Of a stretch of 64,000 nt of DNA, positions 40,501-52,093 are shown piece after piece (the first letter of the stretch is position 1; each line of letters starts with the position of its first letter). Position numbers and translations under genes: made by a program. A model generated the notes under the pieces. The model did not search any database and had not been told where the DNA came from. It saw only the letters and a program-made list of their open reading frames with translations. Source of the DNA: Eledone cirrhosa (Eukaryota); assembly GCA_964016885.1 (NCBI GenBank), contig OZ024749.1:11284001-11348000 (forward strand). The letters are read 5' to 3'.

Positions 40501-41453
40501 TTGTCATGTGTTAGACTAGTTGTCATGGCTTAGACTAGTTGTCATTGGTTAGACTAGTGGTCATGGGTTAGACTAGTTGTCATGGGTTAGACTAGTTGTC
40601 ATGGGTTAGACTAGTTGTCATAGGTTAGACTAGTTGTCATAGGTTAGACTAGTTGTCATAGGTTAGACTAGTTGTCATGGGTTAGACTAGTTGTCATAGG
40701 TTAGACTAGTTGTCATAGGTTAGACTAGTTGTCATGTGTTAGACTAGTTGTCATGGCTTAGACTAGTTGTCATTGGTTAGACTAGTGGTCATGGGTTAGA
40801 CTAGTTGTCATGGGTTAGACTAGTTGTCATGGGTTAGACTAGTTGTCATAGGTTAGACTAGTTGTCATAGGTTAGACTAGTTGTCATAGGTTAGACTAGT
40901 TGTCATGGGTTAGACTAGTTGTCATAGGTTAGACTAGTTGTCATAGGTTAGACTAGTTGTCATGTGTTAGACTAGTTGTCATGGCTTAGACTAGTTGTCA
41001 TTGGTTAGACTAGTGGTCATGGGTTAGACTAGTTGTCATGGGTTAGACTAGTTGTCATGGGTTAGACTAGTTGTCATAGGTTAGACTAGTTGTCATAGGT
41101 TAGACTAGTTGTCATAGGTTAGACTAGTTGTCATGGCTTAGACTAGTGGTCATGGGTTAGATTAGTTGTCATGGGTTAGACGAGTTGTCATAGGTTAGAC
41201 TAGTTGTCATAGGTTAGACTAGTTGTCATAGGTTAGACTAGTTGTCATGGGTTAGACTAGTGGTCATGGGTTAGATTAGTTGTCATAGGTTAGACTAGTT
41301 GTCATAGGTTAGACTAGTTGTCATAGGTTAGACTAGTTGTCATGGGTTAGACTAGTGGTCATGGGTTAGACTAGTGGTCATGGGTTAGACTAGTGGTCAT
41401 GGGTTAGACTAGTTGTAATGGGTTAGACGAGTTGTCATGGGTTAGACTAGTTG

Positions 41454-42845
41454 AATGCATTTGAATGAGCTTGCAGACAGCATAACTATAGTTTGACCGC
41501 AGCTGTGAGCAGGTGTGCAGGAATATCCGGTAATTGAGACATTAACCGGTAATTGAGATCCTAAAAATGGAAAAATCACAGTCGATTCGGTCAATGACAC
41601 TTTGAGCGCCAGTTAGAATCTTATCTTTCCTTCACCGATAACAATGTATTTCATGTCTGAAATTATTGACTCAACCGTAACGAGTTAACACTATGTAGAT
41701 CTATTTTATTCCCGATTGTATAAATAATATTACAAATAAAAAAGAGAAAAGAAAAAACAGAAGCGAGTAGAACACACGTCTAGGACCACATACAACACAT
41801 AATCAGGTAGTACACACATCTAGGACCACATACAACACATAATCAGGTAGAACACACATCTAGGACCACATACAACACATAATCAGGTAGTACACACATC
41901 TAGGACCACATACAACACATAATCAGGTAGTACACACATCTAGGACCACATACAACACATAATCAGGTAGTACACACATCTAGGACCACATACAACACAT
42001 AATCAGGTAGTACACACATCTAGGACCACATACAACACATAATCAGGTAGTACACATATCTAGGACCACATACAACACATAATCAGGTAGTACACACATC
42101 TAGGACCACATACAACACATAATCAGGTAGTACACACATCTAGGACCACATACAACACATAATCAGGTAGTACACACATCTAGGACCACATACAACACAT
42201 AATCAGGTAGAACACACATCTAGGACCACATACAACACATAATCAGGTAGTACACACATCTAGGACCACATACAACACATAATCAGCTAGTACACACATC
42301 TAGGACCACATACAACACATAATCAGGTAGTACACACATCTAAGACCACATACAACACATAATCAGGTAGTACACACATCTAGGACAACATACAACACAT
42401 AATCAGGTAGTACACACATCTAGGACCACATACAACACATAATCAGGTAGTACACACATCTAGGACCACATACAACACATAATAAGGTAGTACACACATC
42501 TAGGACCACATACAACACATAATCAGGTAGTACACACATCTAGGACCACATACAACACATAATCAGGTAGTACACACATCTAGGACCACATACAACACAT
42601 AATTAGATAATACACACATCTAGGACCACATACAACACATAATCAGGTAGTACACACATCTAGGACCACATACAACACATAATTAGATAATACACACATC
42701 TAGGACCACATACAACACATAATTAGATAATACACACATCTAGGACCACATACAACACATAATTAGATAGTACACACATCTTTGGAATATTGTTAATCAA
42801 TTTTTTAGTAATCTACTGATATAAAAATCAGTAGTATATTGAAAA
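41454..42845. repeat. Cassette 4: 325-bp unique segment, 25 x 40-bp repeat, hairpin segment
   Basis: Ends identical to cassette 2; 40-mers 41779-42778. Confidence 0.93.
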
Positions 42846-45703
42846 ATGGTTTAGACTAGTTGTCATGGGTTACAATAGTTGTCATGGGTTAGACTAGTTG
42901 TCATGGCTTTGACTAGTTGTCATGGGTTAGACTAGTTGTCATGGGTTAGACTAGTTGTCATGAGTTAGACTAGTTGTCATAGGTTAGACTAGTTGTCATG
43001 GGTTAGACTAGTTGTCATGGGTTAGACTAGTTGTCATGGTTAGACTAGTTGTCATGGCTTAGACTAGTTGTCATGGCTTAGACTAGTTGTCATGGGTTAG
43101 ACTAGTTGTCATAGGTTAGACTAGTTGTCATGGGTTAGACTAGTTGTCATGGTTAGACTAGTTGTCATGGTTTAGACTAGTTGTCATAGGTTAGACTAGT
43201 TGTCATGGGTTAGACTAGTTGTCATGGGTTAGACTAGTTGTCGTAAGTTAGACTAGTTGTCATGGTTTAGACTAGTTGTCATGGGTTACAATAGTTGTCA
43301 TGGGTTACAATAGTTGTCATGGGTTACAATAGTTGTCATGGGTTAGACTAGTTGTCATGGGTTAGACTAGTTGTCATGGGTTAGACTACTTGTCATGGTT
43401 TAGACTAGTTGTCATAGGTTAGACTAGTTGTCATGGGTTAGACTAGTTGTCATGGTTAGACTAGTTGTCATGGGTTAGACTAGTTGTCATGGGTTAGACT
43501 AGTTGTCATGGGTTAAACTAGTTGTCATGGGTTAGACTAGTTGTCATAGGTTAGACTAGTTGTCATGGGTTAGACTAGTTGTCATGGGTTAGACTAGTTG
43601 TCATGGGTTAGACTAGTTGTCATGGGTTAGACTAGTTGTCATGGGTTAGACTAGTTGTCATGGCTTAGACTAGTTGTCATGGCTTTGACTAGTTGTCATG
43701 GGTTAGACTAGTTGTCATGGGTTAGACTAGTTGTCATGGGTTAGACTAGTTGTCATGGCTTAGACTAGTTGTCATGGCTTTGACTAGTTGTCATGGGTTA
43801 GACTAGTTGTCATAGGTTAGACTAGTTGTCATGGGTTAGACTAGTTGTCATGGGTTAGACTAGTTGTCATGGGTTAGACTAGTTGTCATGGGTTAGACTA
43901 GTTGTCATGGTTTAGACTAGTTGTCATGGTTTAGACTAGTTGTCATAGGTTAGACTATTTGTCATGGGTTAGACTAGTTGTCATGGCTTTGACTAGTTGT
44001 CATGGCTTTGACTAGTTGTCATGGGTTAGACTAGTTGTCATAGGTTAGACTATTTGTCATGGGTTAGACTAGTTGTCATGGCTTTGACTAGTTGTCATGG
44101 CTTTGACTAGTTGTCATGGGTTAGACTAGTTGTCATGGTTTAGACTAGTTGTCATGGGTTAGACTAGTTGTCATGGGTTAGACTAGTTGTCATGGGTTAG
44201 ACTAGTTGTCATGGTTTAGACTAGTTGTCATGGGTTTGACTAGTTGTCATGGGTTAGACTAGTTGTCATGGGTTAGACTAGTTGCCATAGGTTAGACTAG
44301 TTGTCATGGTTTAGACTAGTTGTCATGGGTTAGACTATTTGTCATGGGTTAGACTAGTTGTCATGGCTTTGACTAGTTGTCATGGCTTTGACTAGTTGTC
44401 ATGGGTTAGACTAGTTGTCATAGGTTAGACTAGTTGTCATGGGTTAGACTAGTTGTCATGGGTGAGACTAGTTGTCATGGGTTAGACTAGTTGTCATGGT
44501 TTAGACTAGTTGTCATGGTTTAGACTAGTTGTCATGGGTTTGACTAGTTGTCATGGGTTAGACTAGTTGTCATGGGTTACAATAGTTGTCATGGGTTACA
44601 ATAGTTGTCATGGGTTAGACTAGTTGTCATGGGTTACAATAGTTGTCATGGGTTACAATAGTTATCATAGGTTAGACTAGTTGTCATGGGTTAGACTAGT
44701 TGTCATAGGTTAGACTAGTTGTCATGGCTTAGACTAGTTGTCATGGCTTAGACTAGTTGTCATGGGTTACAATAGTTGTCATGGTTTAGACTAGTTGTCA
44801 TGGTTTAGACTAGCTGTCATGGGTTACAATAGTTGTCATGGGTTAGACTAGTTGTCATGGTTTAGACTAGTTGTCATGGGTTACAATAGTTGTCATGGGT
44901 TAGACTAGTTGTCATGGTTTAGACTAGTTGTCATGGGTTACAATAGTTGTCATGGGTTAGACTAGTTGGCATGGCTTAGACTAGTTGTCATGGCTTTGAC
45001 TAGTTGTCATGGCTTTGACTAGTTGTCATGGGTTAGACTAGTTGTCATAGGTTAGACTAGTTGTCATGGGTTAGACTAGTTGTCATGGTTTAGACTAGTT
45101 GTCATGGTTTAGACTAGTTGTCATAGGTTAGACTAGTTGTCATGGGTTAGACTAGTTGTCATAGGTTAGACTAGTTGTCATAGGTTAGACTAGTTGTCAT
45201 GGTTTAGACTAGTTGTCATAGGTTAGACTAGTTGTCATGGGTTAGACTAGTTGTCATGGGTTAGACTAGTTGTCATGGGTTAGACTAGTTGTCATAGGTT
45301 AGACTAGTTGTCATAGGTTAGACTAGTTGTCATGGGTTAGATTAGTTGTCATAGGTTAGACTAGTTGTCATAGGTTAGACTAGTTGTCATAGGTTAGACT
45401 AGTTGTCATTGGTTAGACTAGTGGTCATGGGTTAGACTAGTTGTCATGGGTTAGACTAGTTGTCATGGGTTAGACTAGTTGTCATAGGTTAGACTAGTTG
45501 TCATAGGTTAGACTAGTTGTCATGGGTTAGACTAGTTGTCATGGGTTAGACTAGTTGTCACGGGTTAGACTAGTTGTCATGGGTTAGACTAGTTGTCATG
45601 GGTTAGACTAGTTGTCATGGGTTAGACTAGTTGTCATAGGTTAGACTAGTTGTGATGGGTTAGACTAGTTGTCATGGGTTAGACTAGTTGTCATGGGTTA
45701 GAC

Positions 45704-45960
45704 ACTATACTGGTAAGAGAAACTTGTCACGCTCGTATGTTTTATATTTGCTTTGGTTTCTACAGCTGAAAACACTTCCTAATGATAGCCTCTCTACAGA
45801 GTGGACTGGAAATATGTTATTGTTTTACCAGTACTACCACTTAACAGAGTGGACTGGGTGTATTTTATCATGGCACCAGTACTACCACTTTACAGAGTGT
45901 ATTGGGTGTATTTTATCATGATACCAGTACTACTCCTTTATGGAGTGAATTGGGTGTTTT
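45704..45960 (-). mobile_element. Body of the tail-B SINE continuing after the satellite (old, diverged, with ~3-4 internal modules)
   Basis: CTTGTCACGCTCGTAT...TTGGTTTCTACAGCTGAAAACACTTCCTAA...TACAGAGTGGACTGGGTG matches the reverse of 4400-4535 (CTTGTCTTGCTCATAC...TTGATTTCTACAGCTGGATGCCCTTCCTAA). Confidence 0.72.
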
Positions 45961-45984
45961 ATAAATAATCTTTCAATTACTTAC

Positions 45985-46027
45985 CTCATTACTTTAGCTA
46001 GACCAGAACCCAACTGTCCCAGACTGC
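45985..46027 (-). CDS. TDH: 43-nt internal exon of mitochondrial L-threonine 3-dehydrogenase (Rossmann GxxGxxG)
   Basis: Acceptor TTTCTTCTTTCTTCTGTTGTTGTTGTAG| and donor |GTAAGT; encodes (G)SLGQLGSGLAKVM(R); its phase fits the upstream exon, giving RVLITGSLGQLGSGLAKVMR, which matches the recalled animal TDH motif RVLITGGLGQLGVGLA..LR. Confidence 0.85.
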
Positions 46028-46289
46028 CTACAACAACAACAGAAGAAAGAAGAAACCCATTATATTCTGATGAGTGAACACTGAAAATGTCATGATTGAA
46101 ATTTAAAAAAAGGTGTTGGGGTCCAACAACAAATAAATGTTTAAAGCCATTTTGATAGCAAACCACCCCACCCCTCCTCCGTCACCCAATATCTTTCTAC
46201 AATATAAGTCAAACTCCAATTGTGTTTGAAATAGTTCAAATAGAAAATACAGCTTAGTAGCATGTTATGTGTGTGTGTGTATAGGTATA

Positions 46290-46529
46290 TATGAGGACAA
46301 TCCCAAAAGTAAGGTCTCCATCCGATATTGCAACTTTTCCGTTAAAATCCTGTGGATGGTGCTTTGGGAAACCTCAGGAACCAAAATGCAGAGAGCATCC
46401 CAGCGAAGCACGCGCATGCTTGTTTGGGAGTGAAGGAAGCACCAATCACAACAGTGTTGCCAACAGCCGTACGAACAGTTTCTCTGCGTCCCCATCGCTT
46501 TGGAGACCTTACTTTTGAGATTACCCTCG

Positions 46530-46531
<2 letters not shown>
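46290..46531 (-). mobile_element. Internally deleted mariner element with ~28-bp TIRs and TA target duplication
   Basis: TA-TGAGGACAATCCCAAAAGTAAGGTCTCC ... GGAGACCTTACTTTTGAGATTACCCTCG-TA; minus strand retains the transposase HTH remnant VSQSTIHRILTEKLQYR. Confidence 0.82.

Positions 46532-46596
<65 letters not shown>
46530..46596. repeat. (TA)n microsatellite at the 3' end of the Penelope-like element
   Basis: Read directly. Confidence 0.95.
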
Positions 46597-46598
<2 letters not shown>

Positions 46599-46742
46599 AT
46601 CAAAATACTTGAGTGTGTTAGAGTTAAACACACTCGTCGTATTAGAGAAATGACAGTATAAGATATAGCTCAATGTAATCCAACAGAGCCTAAAAATTAT
46701 AAAAAATAAACAAAGAAGCCTTCAATACATCAAAAGTCTTTA

Positions 46743-46788
46743 TTAGCCGACAATGTTTCGTCCCATTAATAAGGACTCATCAGGCCAA
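46743..46788 (-). ncRNA. Minimal type I hammerhead ribozyme motif in the pseudo-LTR
   Basis: TTGGC-CTGATGA-GTCC(TTATTAATG)GGAC-GAAAC-ATT-GTC-G-GCTAA: conserved core, stem II, very short stem III, GUC site; AATAAA follows. Confidence 0.72.
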
Positions 46789-47072
46789 GCAAAGAGACAA
46801 GAAGCATTAACGGCCAAAACAAGCCAAAACTCAGAAGAACAGGGAATTTATATCTATGAAAACTTAGGAAAGACATCATGGAAAGACATGCTAAAGTTAA
46901 AAGTGAGCATTTGCAAATATAGACTATAGGGCAAGAGAGCAAGTAATATGTGAAACCCACGTTGAAAGAACAATATAAGACAAATACATGAAATACAACA
47001 TGGTAATACAATATGAGAATTATAATATGATATAGAAAACAATATAATGGATAATAAGAAATAAAAAGCTTA

Positions 47073-47103
<31 letters not shown>

Positions 47104-48233
47104 TTTACACAAACACATACTAACACTTGTTTAAATATTTAAATATAATAATCATTATAATAGCATATCACCTGACGGTGTGCATAAACAATATCAAAAA
47201 CAATGGAATAATATACTGACATAAAAAATATATAAAACTACATCATACGTATCATTTAAGGTCAACAAATTGTATATAAAGCTTTTCACAGGGTAAGAAA
47301 AAATATCATATAAAAATAAAGTATGGTGAAAGAATATATATAACTATATATAATATTGACAATAAATATCCAGAGGTATATGCAGTTTAAATTCATAAAA
47401 TATTACAAAACAGTACCTCAATAACGGACATGTATATATAATTCAATTCCATAAAAATAATAATATTAATATTACAATAGCAGACAGACAGAATCAATGG
47501 AAAATGCTTAAGACATATTTACGCGATGCATACAAATAGACATATCAGGAGACAATAACAAATGATAGAACAGACAGCATGTGGTAGTAAAAAAATAAAT
47601 AAAATAAAATAAAACGAAGAACAAAAACAAAAACAAGCACAGACGTTACAAGTCACTAGGTAAATATAGATAATATTACTATTCTGGATCAAAGAATTAA
47701 ATTGAAAACCTTATTAAATTAATTAGTACTAAAACTGTTTAAAAGACATTATGGGTCACTTCATATGGAATAAAGTTTAAGTCATCAAAGTCAAATAAAA
47801 TTAAGATATTTCAATAAGAAAGCTAAAATATCTATCAAGATTTATTACGATACATCCAGACTAATTACGATATCAAGGAAAAAAACTCTAAATAAAACTA
47901 TGGTAGACCAATGGGAAGATAAAGAAGTAGAACTATGGAGGGTAGGAAGGAGCATAAAGGTAAAAATTTATATATAATCAACATAAATTGACCATATATA
48001 AATTTATATATAATATTAAACATAATATTATTTTCATCCCAACCAGGGATGAAAATAAAGATTGAAACTTATAAGGCGACAATGGTGAATAAAAATGTAA
48101 TAATGGTAAAGATGATAGAAAGGGTAGGATAGCTAGAGAGACTATGAAAACTAAAACTAAATTGAAAAACCGTAGAAAACCAATAATGGTAATAATAATG
48201 AACTAAAACCAAAGAGATAAGGAAATATAGCAG

Positions 48234-48803
48234 CTAGTGGATACGGTTTAAACTACCGGAGCTTTTAGGTCTATAATAGAAGAAGGAATTAGAAATAGCA
48301 TGCAGACAGGAAGAAAAAATTTCAGATTTTCTATTAAGTAATACGTTCCTAGAGAAAATTATAGAGTGGGTCTCTAGGATACAAAGATTACAGAATTTAG
48401 CGTGTATTGAGAGGTGATTAGAGTGTGCTACCATACGCCAATTTAGGCTATATGGTATACCAGCCCCTTTTAAATCCCAGATATGGTGTGCTAAAGAAGT
48501 AGAGTTCTTAAACTTGATATGCTTAAAATAAGAAATATGTGAATTGAACCTAGTTTTAAAAGTATTAGATGTGGAGCCTATATATGTTCTACAAGAAGAA
48601 TTAGTCTTAACTTCACATGCATAAACAATATTCCTAGATAGGCAGTGACCATTTAAAGGGCAGTTATTACTTAATCTACAGTTACACTTCCGGGTATTAG
48701 TGACTAGCTGATTACGCGATGCATTATTCCTAGGGTTATTAGAAGATAAGATCTGCTCGGGTGGTAAGTTGTTGATAGAGCTATCTAGATTAGTGGTACG
48801 CAA
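48234..48803 (-). pseudogene. C-terminal GIY-YIG endonuclease of a Penelope-like element (RT lost by truncation)
   Basis: CNCR..NCPLNGHCL..NIVY..EV......TYIGSTSNTFKTRFNSH...TSLAHHIWDLK...CNLCILE...LLNRKSEIFSSCLH; open frame with no true start. Confidence 0.88.
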
Positions 48804-49447
48804 AGAGCAGTAGCTGTCCCTAATTTTCCTATTATTAGTGCTAGCTAGATGAGAATTAATATTAAGGGGTGGATATTTATTGTCAATATTATATATAGTT
48901 ATATATATTCTTTCACCATACTTTATTTTTATATGATATTTTTTCTTACCCTGTGAAAAACTTTATATACAATTTGTTGACCTTAAATGATACGTATGAT
49001 GTAGTTTTATATATTTTTTATGTCAGTATATTATTCCATTGTTTTTGATATTGTTTATGCACACCGTCAGGGTGATTATGCTATTATAATGATTATTATA
49101 TTTAAATATTTAAACAAGTGTTAGTATGTGTTTGTGTAAATGTGTATATATATATATATATATTAAGCTTTTTATTTCTTATTATCCATTATATTGTTTT
49201 CTATATCATATTATAATTCTCATATTGTATTACCATGTTGTGTTTCATGTATTTGTCTTATATTGTTCTTTCAACGTGGGTTTCACATATTACTTGCTCT
49301 CTTGCCCTATAGTCTATATTTGCAAATGCTCACTTTTATCTTTAGCATGTCTTTCCATGATGTCTTTCCTAAGTTTTCATAGATATAAATTCCCTGTTCT
49401 TCTGAGTTTTGGCTTGTTTTGGCCGTTAATGCTTCTTGTCTCTTTGC

Positions 49448-49493
49448 TTGGCCTGATGAGTCCTTATTAATGGGACGAAACATTGTCGGCTAA
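49448..49493 (+). ncRNA. Minimal type I hammerhead ribozyme motif (inverted pseudo-LTR copy)
   Basis: Reverse complement of 46743-46788. Confidence 0.72.
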
Positions 49494-49877
49494 TAAAGAC
49501 TTTTGATATATTGAAGGCTTCTTTGTTTATTTTTTATAATTTTTATAATATATATATATATATATATAACGAAGGAAATGTGGTAAGGAACCAGATGGAC
49601 CATAACGCACCAGAGTACTCAATACTTAGGGTAGTAGAGTGTAGAGTGGATAATAGGAAAAAGTATAACCCCGACGGCATATATATATATATATATAGGT
49701 AAGTTGTCGGAATATGAATGAAGATGTTTTTTGCCTCCAAGCATTATCTTAAAGAATAAATGTACCATGAATGTGTAGCCTCGCTTTGCTGTTGTACGAA
49801 TTTGACTTTCCCTCCAACAACACATTTAAGGACAATAATTTTTCTCTGACGAGTCTTATAAGTCCATTTCTACTGTA

Positions 49878-49938
<61 letters not shown>

Positions 49939-51328
49939 TACTGTAGTATATATATATATACACATATATGTCTACTGCAGTATATATACACATATATGTC
50001 TACTGCAGTATATATATACATATATGTCTACTGTAGTATATATATATATATACATATATGTCTACTGTAGTATACATATACATATATCTCTACTGTAGTA
50101 TATATATACATACATATATGTCTACTGTAGTATATATATACATATATCTCTACTGTAGTATATATATACATATATGTCTACTGTAGTATATATATACATA
50201 TATGTCTACTGTAGTATATATATACATATATGTCTACTGTAGTATATATATACATATATGTCTACTGTAGTATATATATACATATATGTCTACTGCAGTA
50301 TATATATACATATATGTCTACTGTAGTATATATATACATATATGTCTACTGCAGTATATATATACATATATGTCTACTGTAGTATATATATATACATATA
50401 TGTCTACTGTAGTATATATATATACATATATGTCTACTGTAGTATATATATACATATATGTCTACTGTAGTATATATATACATATATGTCTACTGTAGTA
50501 TATATATATACATATATGTCTACTGTAGTATATATATATATATACATATATGTCTACTGTAGTATATATATACATATATGTCTACTGTAGTATATATATA
50601 CATATATGTCTACTGTAGTATATATATATACATATATGTCTACTGTAGTATATATATATACATATATGTCTACTGTAGTATATATATACATATATGTCTA
50701 CTGTAGTATATATATACATATATGTCTACTGTAGTATATATATATACATATATGTCTACTGTAGTATATATATATATATACATATATGTCTACTGTAGTA
50801 TATATATACATATATGTCTACTGTAGTATATATATACATATATGTCTACTGTAGTATATATATATACATATATGTCTACTGTAGTATATATATATACATA
50901 TATGTCTACTGTAGTATATATATACATATATGTCTACTGTAGTATATATATACATATATGTCTACTGTAGTATATATATACATATATGTCTACTGTAGTA
51001 TATATATACATATATGTCTACTGTAGTATATATATATACATATATGTCTACTGCAGTATATATATACATATATGTCTACTGTAGTATATATATACATATA
51101 TGTCTACTGCAGTATATATATACATATATGTCTACTGTAGTATATATATACATATATGTCTACTGTAGTATATATATACATATATGTCTACTGTAGTATA
51201 TATATACATATATGTCTACTGTAGTATATATATACATATATGTCTACTGTAGTATATATATACATATATGTCTACTGTAGTATATATATATATATATACA
51301 CATATACTGGAGGTGCCACGGCATATAG

Positions 51329-51364
<36 letters not shown>

Positions 51365-51623
51365 GTGGAGGTGCCACAGCAAAAAAGCACCCAGCCCACA
51401 CTGTAAAGTGGACGTGTAGGCGCCACAAAAAAGCACCCAGCACTCACTGTAAATGAGGTTGGTGTTAGGAAGGGCATCCAGCTGTAGAAATCAAGCCAAA
51501 TCAGTTCCTGTATGAGCAAGGCATGGTCAGCCGACCAGACACTGCCCACAACAGGACAACCCGTCTAACCCATGCTAGCGTGGAAGAACGGACGTAAAAC
51601 GGTGATGATGATGATGATGATGA
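51365..51623 (+). mobile_element. 5'-truncated CORE-SINE family copy, tail type B
   Basis: Same body as 1910-2055, same tail as 4515-4628. Confidence 0.85.
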
Positions 51624-51944
51624 CATATATGTCTACTGTAGTATATATATACATATATGTCTACTGTAGTATATATATACACATATATGTCTACAGTAGT
51701 ATATATATACACACATATATGTCTACTGTAGTATATATATACACACATATATGTCTACTGTAGTATATATATATACACATATATGTCTACTGTAGTATAT
51801 ATACACACACATATGTCTACTGTAGTATATATATACACACATATATGTCTACTATAGTATATATATACACACATATATGTCTACTGTAGTATATATACAC
51901 ACACATATGTCTACTGTAGTATATATATATATGTCTACTGTAGT

Positions 51945-52093
51945 ATCATCATCATCATCATCATCAACGTTTAACGTCCGTGTTCCACGCTTGCATGGGT
52001 TTGGACGGGGGTAGTCCCACTTGAGGCAAGAGTGATTGTCTTGCTCGCATAGGACTGTCTGGCAGGTTTTCTACAGTTGGATGCCCTTCCTAA
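51945..52093 (-). mobile_element. SINE 3' fragment with a third tail variant (C)
   Basis: (CAT)n-AACGTTTAACGTCCGTGTTCCACGCTTGCATGGGTTTGGAC...TTTCTACAGTTGGATGCCCTTCCTAA. Confidence 0.7.

Larger units (their letters stand above)
7047..45703. repeat. 19-bp satellite (consensus GTCATGGGTTAGACTAGTT), about 1,680 units in five sub-arrays separated by four cassettes
   Basis: Read directly; sub-arrays 7047-21634, 22848-24819, 27492-30069, 31582-41453 and 42846-45703; unit count estimated as (span minus cassettes)/19. Confidence 0.98.
46595..49545 (-). mobile_element. 5'-truncated Penelope-like retroelement with an inverted partial pseudo-LTR
   Basis: GIY-YIG ORF remnant, ~1.6-kb 3' region, inverted arms 46691-47372 and 48870-49545, hammerhead motifs, TA microsatellites on both sides. 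Confidence 0.87.

Noticed and set aside
21941-42778. CRISPR-like look of the 40-bp arrays with a leader-like segment
   Set aside because: The units are head-to-tail with no unique spacers, there are no cas genes, and the context is eukaryotic.
7047-45703. Telomere-like GGGTTAG and TAGGTTAG motifs in the 19-mer
   Set aside because: There is no tandem TTAGGG or TTAGG; the motif is already in the SINE tail that seeded the array, and the array is intronic.
46766-49470. Duplicated 112/114-aa hydrophobic ORF on opposite strands
   Set aside because: It lies in the T-rich inverted pseudo-LTR arms; the duplication reflects the inverted repeat, not protein conservation.
49846-49870. CTGACGAG as a second hammerhead core
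   Set aside because: No matching GAAA or stem III follows.
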